A stretch of DNA of 64,000 nucleotides from the human T2T-CHM13v2.0 reference genome, Homo sapiens: assembly GCF_009914755.1 (NCBI RefSeq), contig NC_060933.1, one strand, 5' to 3'. The notes under the pieces are model-generated. The model saw only the letters and a list, made by a program, of their open reading frames with translations, ran no database searches and was not told where the DNA came from. The first letter of the stretch is position 1. Each line of letters opens with the position of its first letter. This document shows, in pieces, positions 42,581 through 56,605 of this stretch. Both the position numbers and the translations under genes were made by a program.

Positions 42581-45500
42581 TTCAATGATTTCAAGTTACT
42601 ATGCCAAGGGGACCTTACAGAAAAGTGGCAGACAATACCAATAAATAACAAAGAGTTATGAACTAGCCAATGCTTTGTACTTATGGGCAAAACCCCTTGA
42701 ATCTATAACACACACATTATTTCACAGTATAAAATGCTCTTACATGTAATACTATCTTAATCACTAATTGCTTTATATAAGTATGTAACATCACATAAAT
42801 AAAATTAAACCCTGCTTTCAGAACAAGGATCTCTGAGGAAGAAAAAATAATAAATCCTGCTCTGGCAAGGAAAATTTATGTTTATTGTAAAAATTCAACA
42901 AAATTATGCAATCATACTTACAAATTCACAAAGATTACAATATACCTAAAAGTACTTTTGTAACAAATGATTTTTCTCTATATTACATAAGTAATTGAAA
43001 AATAATATTTTTGTACTTTGAATTCAACATGGTTTCTCCATTTTGTATTATGAATCGTACGATTTTAAGAAAGAAGCATTTTGCTTCAGAGTTGCAGTTA
43101 AGGCTTTGGAGTCACCTTGGAATGCATCTCTTCAAAATGTTTCTCTTCCTGTTTTCTCCAGAATATAAAAGGCTATCAAAGTTTCTCAGGCATTTAAAAG
43201 CCCAAAATGATTGTCTTTTAAAATTTTTTTTTCTTCATGAAACAATTCAAGCTTTTAAAGTTTCACACCTCTTGTCTAGGTAGCTATTGCTTTATATTTA
43301 GAAAAAAATGTTAATTCTCAAACTGAATGAAAATCTTGAGGAAAAGTACAGTTATCCAAGGATGACTGCATCTTTATTTTGTTCCTTTGGCAATCTTCAT
43401 TTGCCAATAGTTCATCTCAAGTATCCAGCTATATTGCACATCATATAAATCTAAATCATTGCAATGTCTCTCTTGATGTTGCATCAAATCTACTGTGACT
43501 CTTCAAATAAGGCAAATAACCTTTATCTCTACTTTTCACCCTCCCCTTATGCCCTGCTCTTCTAGCCACCTGAAAATTAAAAAAAAAACAAACCAAAATA
43601 CTGAGAGAGTATTCTATGATTGAAAAGATACATTAGAGCTGCTTTAAAAGGAAAACATAGGCAGCTGCACACAAAATCATTATCAATGGATAACACTAGC
43701 ACCTGAGAACTATAAAGGCTCAGGGAAGGCACTGCAAAACTAAATATGTTTGTCAGTTTCTGAATCATTAGACAAGGAATTCTTGCTCCTATTCCAACAG
43801 TCACTGCTGCAACAGCCACACAGCGTCAGCCATTCATTTATATACTACATTATTTCATTGCTTAATTGGGAGAAAACACACCTGCCAACATAATCTTGAC
43901 ATAATATAAACAAGAGATACATCTCAGATTGGAAGAAAATGATGAATCAAGCAATTAGTAATTGGAAGACTAGATAACTAGAATGCAGAAACTTCCCATT
44001 TGTCTAGTTATAAAAGTAAGCATGTTCCAAGTATTAAAATAAATCAGTGTGGGCTTAAAAAACTCTAACAGTAGATTTAGAAACTTTAAGTCACTGAGCC
44101 TAAAGGAAATACAGCAACTTGCCTCCAAATACTATCATTTACAAGGGTTCAGTAAGTTCTCAATAATGTAGGCTAACAGCAAGGAGCAAAGATGCTACCA
44201 ATTAAAAGCTTATTTCTATTTGGCCACAAATGCATTGCATTATAGATTAGTAGCTAGGCTAATTATACATTACTTTGGTAAATATTCAAATTAGATCTCA
44301 TTCCCTAAGCAGATATCAGCTGACAGGATAAGGTGGCATTTAGAGGTATGCATAGATGCAAAGGGAAACATTCTAGAATTAAAAACACATGGATAATGCA
44401 GAGTTAATTACATGAGCTTGACTACAGGAAGATGCTTGAATTCCTGTTAATTTACTGAAGTGGGCACCAACACTGTGTTGGGGGTTAGCCAGGAAATGAA
44501 GCAGGTGACATGAATAAAAGCAAATGGGCAAAATGTGTGATTGCAAAGTCTGTTTATGAAATAAAATTTTTGTAAGCCCAATTATTTGAAAAGCTGCACT
44601 ATGCACTTATTCTAACTTCTTTTCTATCCTTGACTTAGATGAAATTTACTTGCACAATAGCTAGAACCATTTTGCTAAAATATATAGCAATTTTCTATTT
44701 CAATCTCATTTTTGATATAAAATTGAATGCAAATCTACATATTTATATATAAGCCATCAGTGTAGACTGAGTTTACATATAAGCTTTTTCCACATATTTT
44801 GCTTGTGAGTAATTTTTTTAAGTCTGGTGAATAAAAAGCTATTGCATAAAGTGCTTAACTAAATCAATTTATTTCCACCTGCATAATTTCCAAAGCTCAA
44901 CTGCATATCTCATCTGTTGAGATGCCCAAAGTAGTCTTTGCTTCTTTAGAAGGTAGACTGTTTCAATGACTGCCCATTACGGTGAAAATACTTTATGTTA
45001 AATCTAAAGCTTTATATGTATTCCAGCTCTCTTTATTTTATAAAAGAAGAAAAAATGATTTGCAAGATAAATGCAATGTATACTTATAAATCTTTTATTT
45101 TATAAAACTTCACCCAAACTGAATTATATTAGATCCATGCAATTTGGGGAAGCAGATGAATTACCTATATATAAGGAGGTTTGCGTAAGTATAAGATACT
45201 CTAGGCACCTACAAGTTAAATTTGAAATGTCTGAAAGTCCATGGCCTCATGAAATTCCACAAACAATTCAATATTCTGACTTTCATACTGTACAGGGTAT
45301 TAAAAGTGGATATGGCAGGAAAGTGAGTCAGTGAGCTTGGTGAATGAGCCTAGGTAGCCATATACCATCTTCATTTCGTAACAAATTTGCTTTTCTGTAC
45401 CTTTTGCAACGCATAGAGTTAATTTAGAAATGTATACATTAGAGAAGTATTAGCTAAGTTGGTGATTTTTAAAGATGCTTGGACATCCAAAACACCAATG

Positions 45501-45952
45501 TCAATAATCCGCTGGAGTTAGGAAGAAGAAAACAGCCTGCTAACAGATCATAATCTTTCAGCAAATGGCCAAGGTGCTGCCCACTTCATTGAAGCCTCTT
45601 CTATTCATAGGTGTAAAACGAAGGTCATTCCTTGTTACAGATGAGAAGATACTTCCTATCAGTTAAAAATGGAGGATGTAGAAGAATTTAGGATTATCAG
45701 ATACCCTACCCAGGAAAACAAATTCAGCCGTGATAAAACAACAAGAAACAATTCTCACTTAAAGAACTAGGCATGGTTAGTGCTTGTATATGCAAGACGT
45801 GCATGTGAAATTGAGGAAATTGGATACTTTAGAAATATTTAAACATGTAATTAGCCAATCATGTAACTGGCCCTTCTAAGAAATCCTTATACACTGGTTT
45901 ACTATGAATGTTCAAACAAATGTCTTGATAGTTCTGGAAATGTCAGGTTTAA

Positions 45953-46661
<709 letters not shown>

Positions 46662-47492
46662 TGGAAGTTAGTTTTTAAAAAATAAGTTACTAAGCAAAGT
46701 CAAACAAATGTTTGCACGCTGATTCTTTTATACAATACCATAAAAGGGGTCCTATTTAAAGGAACTTTATAGATATTGAAATGTTATTGTAAGAATGATC
46801 CTTTTTTAAAAAATCACTGTATACATTTTTTAAATAAAATTTCCTTCAAAAATAGAATGCATTTAAGCTAAAGTAACCTGTTTTGTGTTCTGTTGACACA
46901 GTCACCAGCAGTATGTATGTCAATCACTGTACCATGTTTTAATTCAATATTCTCCTTGTCCAATTCTAAGTTAAACCAAGTTGTTCCTTCACTGAATAAC
47001 AGGTTGTTATTCTAAAATGGCAGTTAGTGTTTACGGCCCTTTGCTCACTCAAAATTCTTACAATATCTGTAGTCTCTCCACAAGTCCCTTCCCATCAATT
47101 CTAACTTCCTCTTCATTAAAAACGATGCAAAAGTTAAGCTAGTTTGAAATATATATATCTATATAATATATATACACACACATATATACATATGTGTAAT
47201 TCAGAAAGCATAATTTTATACTTGCTGCTAAACTAAACAGTTTTTAAATAACAACCTATATATACTTAATTTCCTCTTCCACAAAATAACATATGTGGCC
47301 TATGTGAAAGCCATTTTCTTCACAGCTTATCAGCTTTTTTTTGCCTAATTGATATTCTCAAATATTCTACCTATGCAGAATGACTAGATGTCCAGACATC
47401 TAATTAGTGAAGAAGAGAAATTTTGGGAGTCGGAAGGTGGTGAGGGCATAATACCTAAAGTTCCATGGGTATGGGCTAATTTCAGATTTAAA

Positions 47493-47610
47493 GATATATA
47501 TATATATATGTGTGTGTAGGTGTGTATGTTCATGTATATATGTGTGTATATATACATATATTTATATATGTGTGTATATATACATATATTTATATATGTG
47601 TGTATATATA
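47493..47610. repeat. (TA)/(TG) compound microsatellite
   Basis: Direct observation; internal ~32-bp duplicated unit. Confidence 0.9.
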
Positions 47611-47904
47611 ATGTATTTAATCTTTTAAAATAAAAGCAATTTATGTTAATGTAACTTAATATTACTGTATCAATACTGTATCCCTTATACATTGCATATG
47701 CATGTGTGTATGATATATAATGTGTACATATGATATATAATATGTATGATGTATTTTTAGAACTTATATCTGAATTTATTATCTTTTAAAATATTATAGA
47801 AAATCAAATACGAAATATATCCCTTCTCCCAAAATGATGTCTAATTTTTAGAGAAAATATGCTCAATTATTTTTCATAATTGCTCAGAGCAATTAAGAAG
47901 CTTG

Positions 47905-48102
47905 AGCATGCTACTCAAGGGTTCATCAAAGTGTGACCCTAGGACCAGCGGCATGAGCATCACTTGTGAACTTGGCAGAAGTGCAATTTTTTGGGCTCCA
48001 GCTAAGACCTGCTGAATCTGAAACTCTAGGGACCTGGCCCAGGAATCTGCTCTTGTGGGCTTTCCAGGTGATTCCAATGCATAGAGTCTGAGAACTACTG
48101 TC
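47905..48102. mobile_element. MER5A (hAT-Charlie)
   Basis: tcaaagtgtg..ggaccagcggcat; gacctgctgaatctgaaactct; ccaggtgattc..tgagaactactg. Confidence 0.85.
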
Positions 48103-48759
48103 CTTCCCAATCCATGAATAATAAATGAAGAATGAAGAATTCATGTGACCACTTGCTCCTGGCTCCAGCTGTTGGATTTCTGGCTGCATCCTACCAAAAT
48201 CAGCAGCCCTAAGGCATCTATTCAAAAAGTTGTGCCACTTGTTTTACCTTTAGATTACATGACAAAATAATAAAAAACTGCAAACTCTTGGCACATTCAT
48301 AACCCAAAACATCCAAGTGCCAACTGTCAAAAACATACTGGAAAAATGCTACTCCATTCCTAATTAATAATCCCCATCTCCACAGCTTCTATTCCTGTGA
48401 GATTATAATTGAATATTTTCTCTATTCCTCTCCATGATAAATATCAAACTGTAAATAAGGCTGAAAGGAGTCTTTAACATTGAAAGCTGATAAGAAAACA
48501 CACTCATATATTATTCACTCTGTACTAGAAATTATGCTACAATCTTTCTATGTATTAACCCACTTAATATTCACAGAAAGCCTTTAAGGAAGATACTAAT
48601 ATCATCCCAAACCCCACTCTCATTAAGTGACTTGCCCAAGATCTCACATTTAGTAAGTAAAGGATTAGAATTTGAAGGAAAGCAGTAAAAGCTCTTAAAA
48701 ACAGATTGTCAGTGGCAAAGTATCGTAATTGTCAAAGGAGAAAGTATAACTTGCAAATA

Positions 48760-50051
48760 CAAAGAAACTTCAAAAAGTTCATGGAAAACGCATACCATGA
48801 ATAAACCATGCATGGATTTCAATTTTTTGCCTTAAAATACTTGCACTAACTTATTATAACATGTCTGAATATGATCTAGTTTTACAAACTAAGAAGGATA
48901 AGACACCAGTTTGAAAAAAGCCCTCATCAGAGCAAAATAAAATTGAAGCAAGAACAAATATCAAATTTATGATGAAGCTTTAGTGGAAGAATGGTGAAAC
49001 CTCGATGCTTTGCAAACAGTGTATAGGGACAATGGCCCTAAGAAATCAGAAGTTTACATATAGATAACTGATTTTAAGAAGGGAACAGACAGTGTTGAAG
49101 ATGAAGCCAGCAGGAGCAGACCATCCATGTCAATTTTGGAGGAAAAAAGTCATCTTGTTTGTGCCCTAATTGAAGACTACTGAGGATTCACAGAACAAAC
49201 AATAGCCAACACCACAGACATCATAACTGTTTCAGCTTACCCAATTCTGACTAAAGAAGTAACATTGAGCAATCTTTTCATTTCACGGTTGCCAAAATCG
49301 TGGTGCCCACCTCAGCAGCAGACAAGTGCAGAGGTTTCAATAGAAATTTTAAACAAACAGGATCAAGATCTTGAAGCATTTCTTCAAAGACTTGTAACAG
49401 ACAATTAAACATGGCTTTACCAGTAGAATCCTGAAGGCAAAGCATAATCAAAGCAATAGTTCCCAAGCAGTGGTAGTGGTCCAGTCAAAGCAAAAGTAAA
49501 CTGGTCAAGAGCGAGGTGATAAAACATTTTTTGAGATGCTCAAGGTATTTTACTTGTTGACTTTCTACATGGCCAAAGAACAATAACATCTGCTTAATAT
49601 GAGGGTAATCTGAGAAAATTTACCAAAGCTTTAGGAAAAAAAAAAAAATTGCCAGAAAGGAATTCTTTTCCACAACAACAATGCTCCTGCTCATTCCTCT
49701 CAGCTAACAAGCATAATTTGGGGAGAGTTTCTAGGGGAAATCATTAGGTATCCCCCTTAAAGTCCTGATTTGGCTTTTTCTGACTTTTTTGGTTCCTAAC
49801 CTTAAAAAAATCTGTGAATGACACCCATTTTTCTTCAGTTAATAATATATATATTTTTTTTAAGCAAAGCAATATATTTATTGAGTGGAGTCACTGTGGC
49901 TTCAAGTATGTATCTATTGACATGTTGTCCAAAACAATATTGAGTGAAAGTACCACGGCTTCAAGTTTAGCATTTTTTCGATTACCGCATACTTGCAGAG
50001 AACCAAGTCCACCCCTAAGCCTGATTCACTGTGTAACAGAGCATTTTTTTC

Positions 50052-50091
<40 letters not shown>

Positions 50092-50689
50092 CTTTATGTT
50101 TTAGGATACATGTGCACAATGCACAGGTTTGTTACATATGTATACATGTACCATGTTGGTGTGCTGCACCCATTAACTCGTCATTTACATTAGGTATATC
50201 TCCTAATGCTATCCCTCCCCCCTCCCCCCACCCCATGACAGGCCCTGGTGTGTGATGTTCCCCTTCCTGTGTCTATGTGTTCTCATTGTTCAATTCCCAC
50301 CTATGAGTGAGAACATGCAGTGATTGGTTTTTTTGTCCTTGCGATAGTTTACTGAGAATGATGGTTTCCAGCTTCATCCATGTCCCTACAAAGGACATGA
50401 ACTCATCATTTTTTATGGCTGCATAGTATTCCATGGTGTATATGTGCCATATTTTTTTAATCCAGTCTACCATTGTTGGACATTTGGGTTTTAATATATT
50501 TAAAAAAAGATTATATTGACCTGGTTAAATTCCAGGACACTCAGTTCTTTACGGATGAACTAAGTGGCTGGTATCATCACTTACAAAAGTATTTTGACCT
50601 TGATAAAACTTATGTTGGAAAATAAAATTTATATGATTTGTTTTTACCTTTTAATTTTATTTTCCGACAAACTTTATGAAGTTCTCATG
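48760..50689 (+). mobile_element. HSMAR2 mariner, near full-length, decayed, split by an L1PA insertion at ~49851-50490
   Basis: TA then TIR-like cttcaaaaagttcatggaaaa; transposase remnant KIEARTNIKFM.KL.WKNGE and VYRDNGPKKSEVY; reverse TIR at ~50660-50689. Confidence 0.93.
50044..50490 (-). mobile_element. L1PA4-like 3' end with (TTA)n tail
   Basis: L1PA 3'UTR antisense; ORF 50273-50473 is the ORF2 C-terminus (DWIKKIWHIYTMEYYAAIK). Confidence 0.96.
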
Positions 50690-52814
50690 TGTACCACCTC
50701 ACTAATAATTAGACATTTTTGTCTTTTAATTCATAAAATTAAAGCTAATACCCAACCTGAGTTAACATTCAAAGAAACTGACAATGGAGCACAAATTGCT
50801 AACCCATTTGGCAGACAACTTGCTAAAACTACCAAATATAAAGAGAGAAAAAATGAGAAAATACAAGCAAAGTATAGAAAAATATTATCTAACTTGCTCT
50901 CAACTCACTTATTTTTAGGTGAGTTCAGAGCAAGTTAGATATTTTTATGTATTTTTTTCTAAATATTTATTTAGACTATAAAGTCCACTAAGAAAAAATA
51001 AATAATAGTTTATTGGTAATGATCTTCCTACATTTTTTGAGGCAGGTAAAGTGTTCAAATAATATTTCTATTTTAAATGAAACACCAATCTTGAGTTTAC
51101 CAGTAGGTGTGACCTCCAGCAAACCACTCAAATTTCTGAATTTTATATGGGGTTCAGAACATAATGTGGTGTCTCCCATAGAAAGACTTGTAAAAAAATC
51201 AAAACAGATAAAAAACTTACTGTGAGCCAAAGATTTCACTTGGCTTTATTGAATGTGTTTTTTTTTAAAGAAAAGATATGCAGTCCTTTTATGAAAAGGT
51301 TAACATTGTTAATATTTTATAGTAATTATTATTAACATTATTGAAGAACTAAAACTATCATTACATTTAAAAGTATTTTTATCATGATATGCAATTAAAG
51401 AATACTAATGTAATGCATGGATACAAAAGTAATACGAACAATAAAATCAATTTTCTTGGAAACACACATCACATTTTCAGAACACAGCTGCTTTTCCCCT
51501 GTCATATTTTCACAATCACAAACATAAATAAATAATATCTAGAAAAGTCCAAAGAATATAATACTCTCTGCAAATCCATTCTGGCCAATTGACTTTTAAC
51601 TGTATATCACTTATTGTAGGATAGCAAAAATGGAAACTAAATGTGCTAAATTCATTTGTGGCTAAAATTATTCAAATCTAATTACTTGGGTTTGGGCTGA
51701 CTCAGGAGTACTAGAAAAAAATAGAAAAATTTGAGTAGAAATCAGAGGATAAGCTGGGCTATAACGAATGACTTAAGACACAAAAATATGATTTAATCAT
51801 TATGGAGGAGTGATTTAAATATATCTTTCCTGATAAGAGATTAATACAAAACATATTTAACAATTTGTTTCTAACTAATAGACTCCTAAGAAACATATCT
51901 ATACTCTATAAAAAATTACAAAATATCTAAGGGTTGACTAGCAGAAAAAAGAATACTGACAAAATGCTAAGATTTATTATCACTAATTTTCTAACTGGGC
52001 AAGCATGTCTTTGTTCAACAAATTTGTAAGGCAGTGAATATATATGTTATTTTAAAGATAAAATCTTCCATAAAGATGGCATAAAATCCATATAATTTGT
52101 ATTCATTTATACTCCCTTTTATCTTGTTTTTAAAAAATGGAATGTAAATAACAACTGCAAACAACATCCTTATTTCTTTTCATTCACTGCAAGGGCTGAG
52201 AAAAGACTCATCTTTACTTTAAAATGGTGATCACATTAATTATTTTGGGTGGTGCCTGATTTTACTACAATCTCTGTAGAAGTACAGTGAATTTCTTCTT
52301 CTTATCCACAAGGTAAATTACAGTATTTGAACTTTATGATAATGTTCAAGAAAAAAAAAAAAGCAAAAACTTCAATGACAGTCTTGACAAAGCACTAGAA
52401 TATTGCAGAAAACCAAAATCATCTTTTCCAGAACAAAGTACACTATTTCATTTGCAGCACATCGTTAAGTGGCTGTCATTATTGCTTAAACTGATTTACT
52501 TTCATCATTAAAATCTCTACCTATTTACAATAGGAAGGATAATCAATCCTACTGAATATTTTACATAATGCCATGTCAACAGAAGAACACAGTAGGGGTC
52601 GTCTAATGTTCTCTTAAGGACATACTATGATATATTAGAAAGGACATGTGCTTTGGAGACATTTAGCAAGCTACCTAAGGTTTACCTCTCATCAAGAAAA
52701 TGAGAGTAGTATCTCCTTTATAGGATTACTATAAGAATTATGTAACACAATTACATAAAGTGGTATGGCATCTGGCACAAAGTAGGAACTTCTCATAGGT
52801 CAGATTCTCTGGAA

Positions 52815-53420
52815 GCATTTTGTAATAGTAATTGTAACATAAATGATTGTTGAGGTTGTGCTCTCAGGTAAAACCTATTAGAAGTGAAGGAAGCAGGATA
52901 GGGCAGGGAAAAACCTAGTCAGATATGTGGGCTCAGTTCAGTTGTTTACTGGTAAATGGCTTTCAGGGTGAAGGAAAAGAGAAAAAAAGCCCCGATTGTT
53001 AGTATTTGCCCATTTCTATAGTGTAAGCACGTATTTCCACCATAGTCAATTTTATATTATCCACATAATGTCACTGAACACACCTTAAAAGAAATGTTAA
53101 GTCAGCTTCAGTGAAAGCTGGCTCCAGCATATCACTGGTTTAGACTGATCCTACAAGGATTTCTGTAATGTGAACATCACAGAGTTATCCCACCTAGAGT
53201 CAAAGAGATTGGACTTTAATACACCAGAATCAGTCAGTCATCGACTGTGGGACAACCTAGGGGAAAGGCCATAACCTCCAGAGGCTCCCACCAGCCAAGA
53301 GCAATTTTCAGGAGCAGTGTTCAGCTAGAAAATGCTATCAGCCAACATTCTACAGCAGCTGGAAAATAAGTGCTTCTGCCTGTTGAAGGCAATTCTGGTG
53401 TGGCAGCGTTGTCATCTAAT
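52815..53420. mobile_element. Old MLT1 (J/I-like) LTR interrupted by MER63
   Basis: gaaggaagcaggatagggcaggg; cagtcagtcatcgactgtggg. Confidence 0.55.
52939..53137. mobile_element. MER63A-like (hAT-Blackjack)
   Basis: cagttgtttactggtaaatg start, atgtcactgaac, gctggctccagcatatcactg end. Confidence 0.72.
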
Positions 53421-54084
53421 ACCGTGTTCAGTAATGAAGCTAAGTTAGTACTTCATGTCTCTAAGTGATTCTTGCAGTCCCAATGTACTTTATCGAGTTT
53501 GTTCTATCAACTTATAACTAGATGACATTTGAGCTTTCTTCAAAATAAAAGACAGCACTAATATTTAGTTGTCCAGTATCTTTCCCACAAGCGTACTGGA
53601 ATGAACTAATTTCTCCTTCTCTCACATATTTCTAAATATCAGGATCTCAGATCGCTGCATAAAACAAGAAGCAGTAGGTTATCCATTTTGCCCCAGAATT
53701 TTCACTGTCAACATGAAAATTGTTGACCAAGATCTCCATGGAAATGGCCACAAAACAAACATCAAAAAAATGCCTCTTACTGGTAGAAGAGATACAGAGG
53801 GAAAGGGTGAGAGTTTCTTCATTGCTGTTGGTATTTGGGTTCCAAAGAGGTTGACTTACCCTGTGGGCTGTTTTGCATTCATTCATCACTAACTAATTAC
53901 ACTATATACCTCACTTACCCTCTCATTTGATGGCTGTCAGATCCCAACTAGATGATGGCAACAAACTATGTGAATTTAATGGGCAGTTAGGATTTCAACA
54001 TTTGGTGATCATTAAAATGGCACCTGTAAAAACCAGCAAACTAGGGAGCAAATGGATATTTTCTGAATCAAGAATCTGGCCACA

Positions 54085-55065
54085 GAGTGAAGTCAGCAAG
54101 GTGGCAGAAGAGGAGGTCCCCAGTTCATATCGCCCCCACACAACCAACGATCTGGCAGCCGTTCATAGTCAAAACTGCCTTTGTAGAAGCTTTAGAATCC
54201 AGAGAGGACATTGTAGAACCCTGGTGAAGCCCAAGACCAAAAGGAGACACTTTGAGAAGGCCAGTCCAAGGCCTGGCGGTGGGCTCCCTGAGCATGATCC
54301 CAGCTACAGATCAAAAGCAGCCCCAACCCGGACTCAGCTCCAAATCTACTTCTTGGCCACTGTCCTGAAGCCAGCCCCAACTGCCAAGGGACCTGGGAGG
54401 AGTCATGCTCGCTACCTCTCCCCAGTGAATGGGCCCACTGATACAGGTCCCAACTGTGGATCCTGAAGCAGCCCATAACTTGGCTCCGGGCCCACGCTAT
54501 CCAGACTCTGAATCAGTCCTGCCTGCCCAAGGACCCAGTGGGAGACATACCCATCCATGCCCCAGTAACAGGTCCGCTGACCTCAATCCCTACTGTGTGT
54601 CCTAAAGAAGTTCTATTACCTGACTGCAGCCCCATTTTACCATGGTCTGGAATCAGTCCTGCTCATGAAACCCAGTAACATATGTCATTGTCCCTGATAA
54701 CAGAGATACCATCCTCAGTCCTGGCTGAGGACCCTGAAGCAACCTGTGACCTAGTACTACCCCTGCTGTATCATGGTTTGGAGGCAATCCTGCCCATGCG
54801 ATGGCCAGGGAAAGCCATAACAATCAGCATTCCCAATAGGGGCTTGCAAAATAGACAAGTGGGATGATCACATTAAACTAAAAAGCTTCTGCATGGCAAA
54901 GAAAACAAAAGAGTGAAGTGGCAGTCTATGGAATGGAAGAAATTATTTGCAAACCATATATGTGATAAAGGGTTAATATTCAAAATATATAAGGGACTCA
55001 GCTCAACAGCACACATATGCATGCACGTGTGCGCGCACACACACACACCAGTTAAAAATGAGCTA
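54085..55065 (+). mobile_element. Old L1M: 5'UTR with tandem monomers fused to a late-ORF2 fragment
   Basis: caaggtggcagaagaggagg 5' start, GC-rich repeats to ~54830; then aaatagacaagtggga..aaagcttctgca..gaatggaagaaattatttgcaaacc. Confidence 0.72.
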
Positions 55066-55247
55066 TCTGGCTTCACAGATATTTTGCTGAGAAATTGCTG
55101 GAAAAAAAAGTGGATTGAGTAGAAACTAAAGAGATAATAATAGATATTGATAATAGAAATACTAATGCATATGCAACATAGGTCCATTAATGTAAGAATT
55201 GCTATAGTAAGTTCCCTAATTGAATCATATTACAAACAGTTGTCATC

Positions 55248-55535
55248 TTTTTTTTTTTTTTTTTTTTTTTTTGGAGACAGAGTTTCACTCTGTTGCCCAG
55301 GCTAGAGTGCAATGGCTCTGTCTTGGCTCACTACAACTTCCACTTCCCGGGTTCAAGCAATTCTCCTGCCTCAGCCTCCTGAGTAGCTAGGATTACAGAT
55401 ACTCTACCTGTAATTACACCACCACACCCGGCTAATTTTGTGTTTTTAGTAGAGATGGGGTTTCACCATGTTGGCCAGGCTGGTCTCGAACTCCTGACCT
55501 CAGGTGATCCCCCCACCTTGGCCTCCCAAAGTGCT
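55248..55535 (-). mobile_element. AluSq/Sp, lacking ~30 bp of 5' end
   Basis: gagtttcactctgttgcccagg..gtgcaatggc; cctcaggtgatcc; long T tail. Confidence 0.94.
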
Positions 55536-56374
55536 TGTAATTCTTTATACTTTGTTTTCAACCATAATAACTTTATATGTATATTTTTAAGAACTACTTG
55601 AAAAGAGGTAAACTTGAATCTCAGAAATGCAAGAGGTTTGGCAGGGAGTTAGAGGTAGAATGAATACAAGTGAATACAAGTTGTGCAAATGGGACTGATT
55701 GAACCAGGTTGGAGTATTCTACTTTGCCTTTTAGTCCTGTCATGAATTTGTCATAGGTAGAAAAAGCTGTTATACTCATGTATTTTGAAGGAGATTTGAG
55801 AAATGCCAATATCCAAGGCTTTTCGCTTGGAGACATCCATGTTAGCCAGTCTGTTTCCAGGATCACTGTGAGACCCTGGCAGTAGGCTTCAACTCTCAAA
55901 CATAAATTCAACAAATTAAAATAAAAGTGGCATTGAATAACTATATGAAACTACAGAAATACAACACACATATACACATAAAACCCTTAGTAATCATGTT
56001 AATTTGAAAAATGAAAGGAACATGTCATTAAAATTTGGGGGATGTAGAACCAAAAACGGGTCTAAGAAAGGTAATGTTATGCTACTGATAAACACACAGT
56101 TAAATTGTGTAATCATTTTCACTTTATTTGTCATATTGTCTTATTGTTTTATTCTAGTAAACAGTTAAATAAAACCTACAAAGGATACAAATACTACTAA
56201 CTGTGGTCCAACTCTATTTTTCTTCCTTAAGGTCATAAGTTCCTCAAACAACCAATGCTCTAATTAAATGGATTTTAGTTAATAATCCTCCTACGTGCTA
56301 TGCTTCTGAATAAAATTTTGCACCCTGACACTGAAAATACACTGTAAGGTGGTAGTTCAAATCTGCACTTCTAA

Positions 56375-56605
56375 GAATAAAATAGTGCAAAAGAGCTTGG
56401 CCATTAAAGTCACACAAATGGACTTGAACCAGACCTTAAAACTTATTATGTGTGCAACTTTAATGTTCTAAGCTTTCATTTCCTCATTCATAAAATAAAG
56501 TTCATTAGTAGAACTTGCATGATAGAGTTGTTATAAGAACTATATAAGGTATCTAATGCTGTCAGCACCATAAATGGTGTATAATAAGTGGTCAGTAAAT
56601 GTTGT
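56375..56605 (+). mobile_element. MIR
   Basis: ttctaagctttcatttcctcattcataaaat; aagtggtcagtaaatg. Confidence 0.7.

Noticed and set aside
48760-50689. Possible active or domesticated mariner transposase
   Set aside because: Multiple stops, frameshifts and an L1 insertion.
51101-51186. Minus-strand exon-like segment with an open frame
   Set aside because: AAG acceptor, weak gtaaac donor and MIR-like body.
53927-54466. 179-aa ORF
   Set aside because: Non-ATG start, runs into a GC-rich L1M 5'UTR, no recognisable domain.
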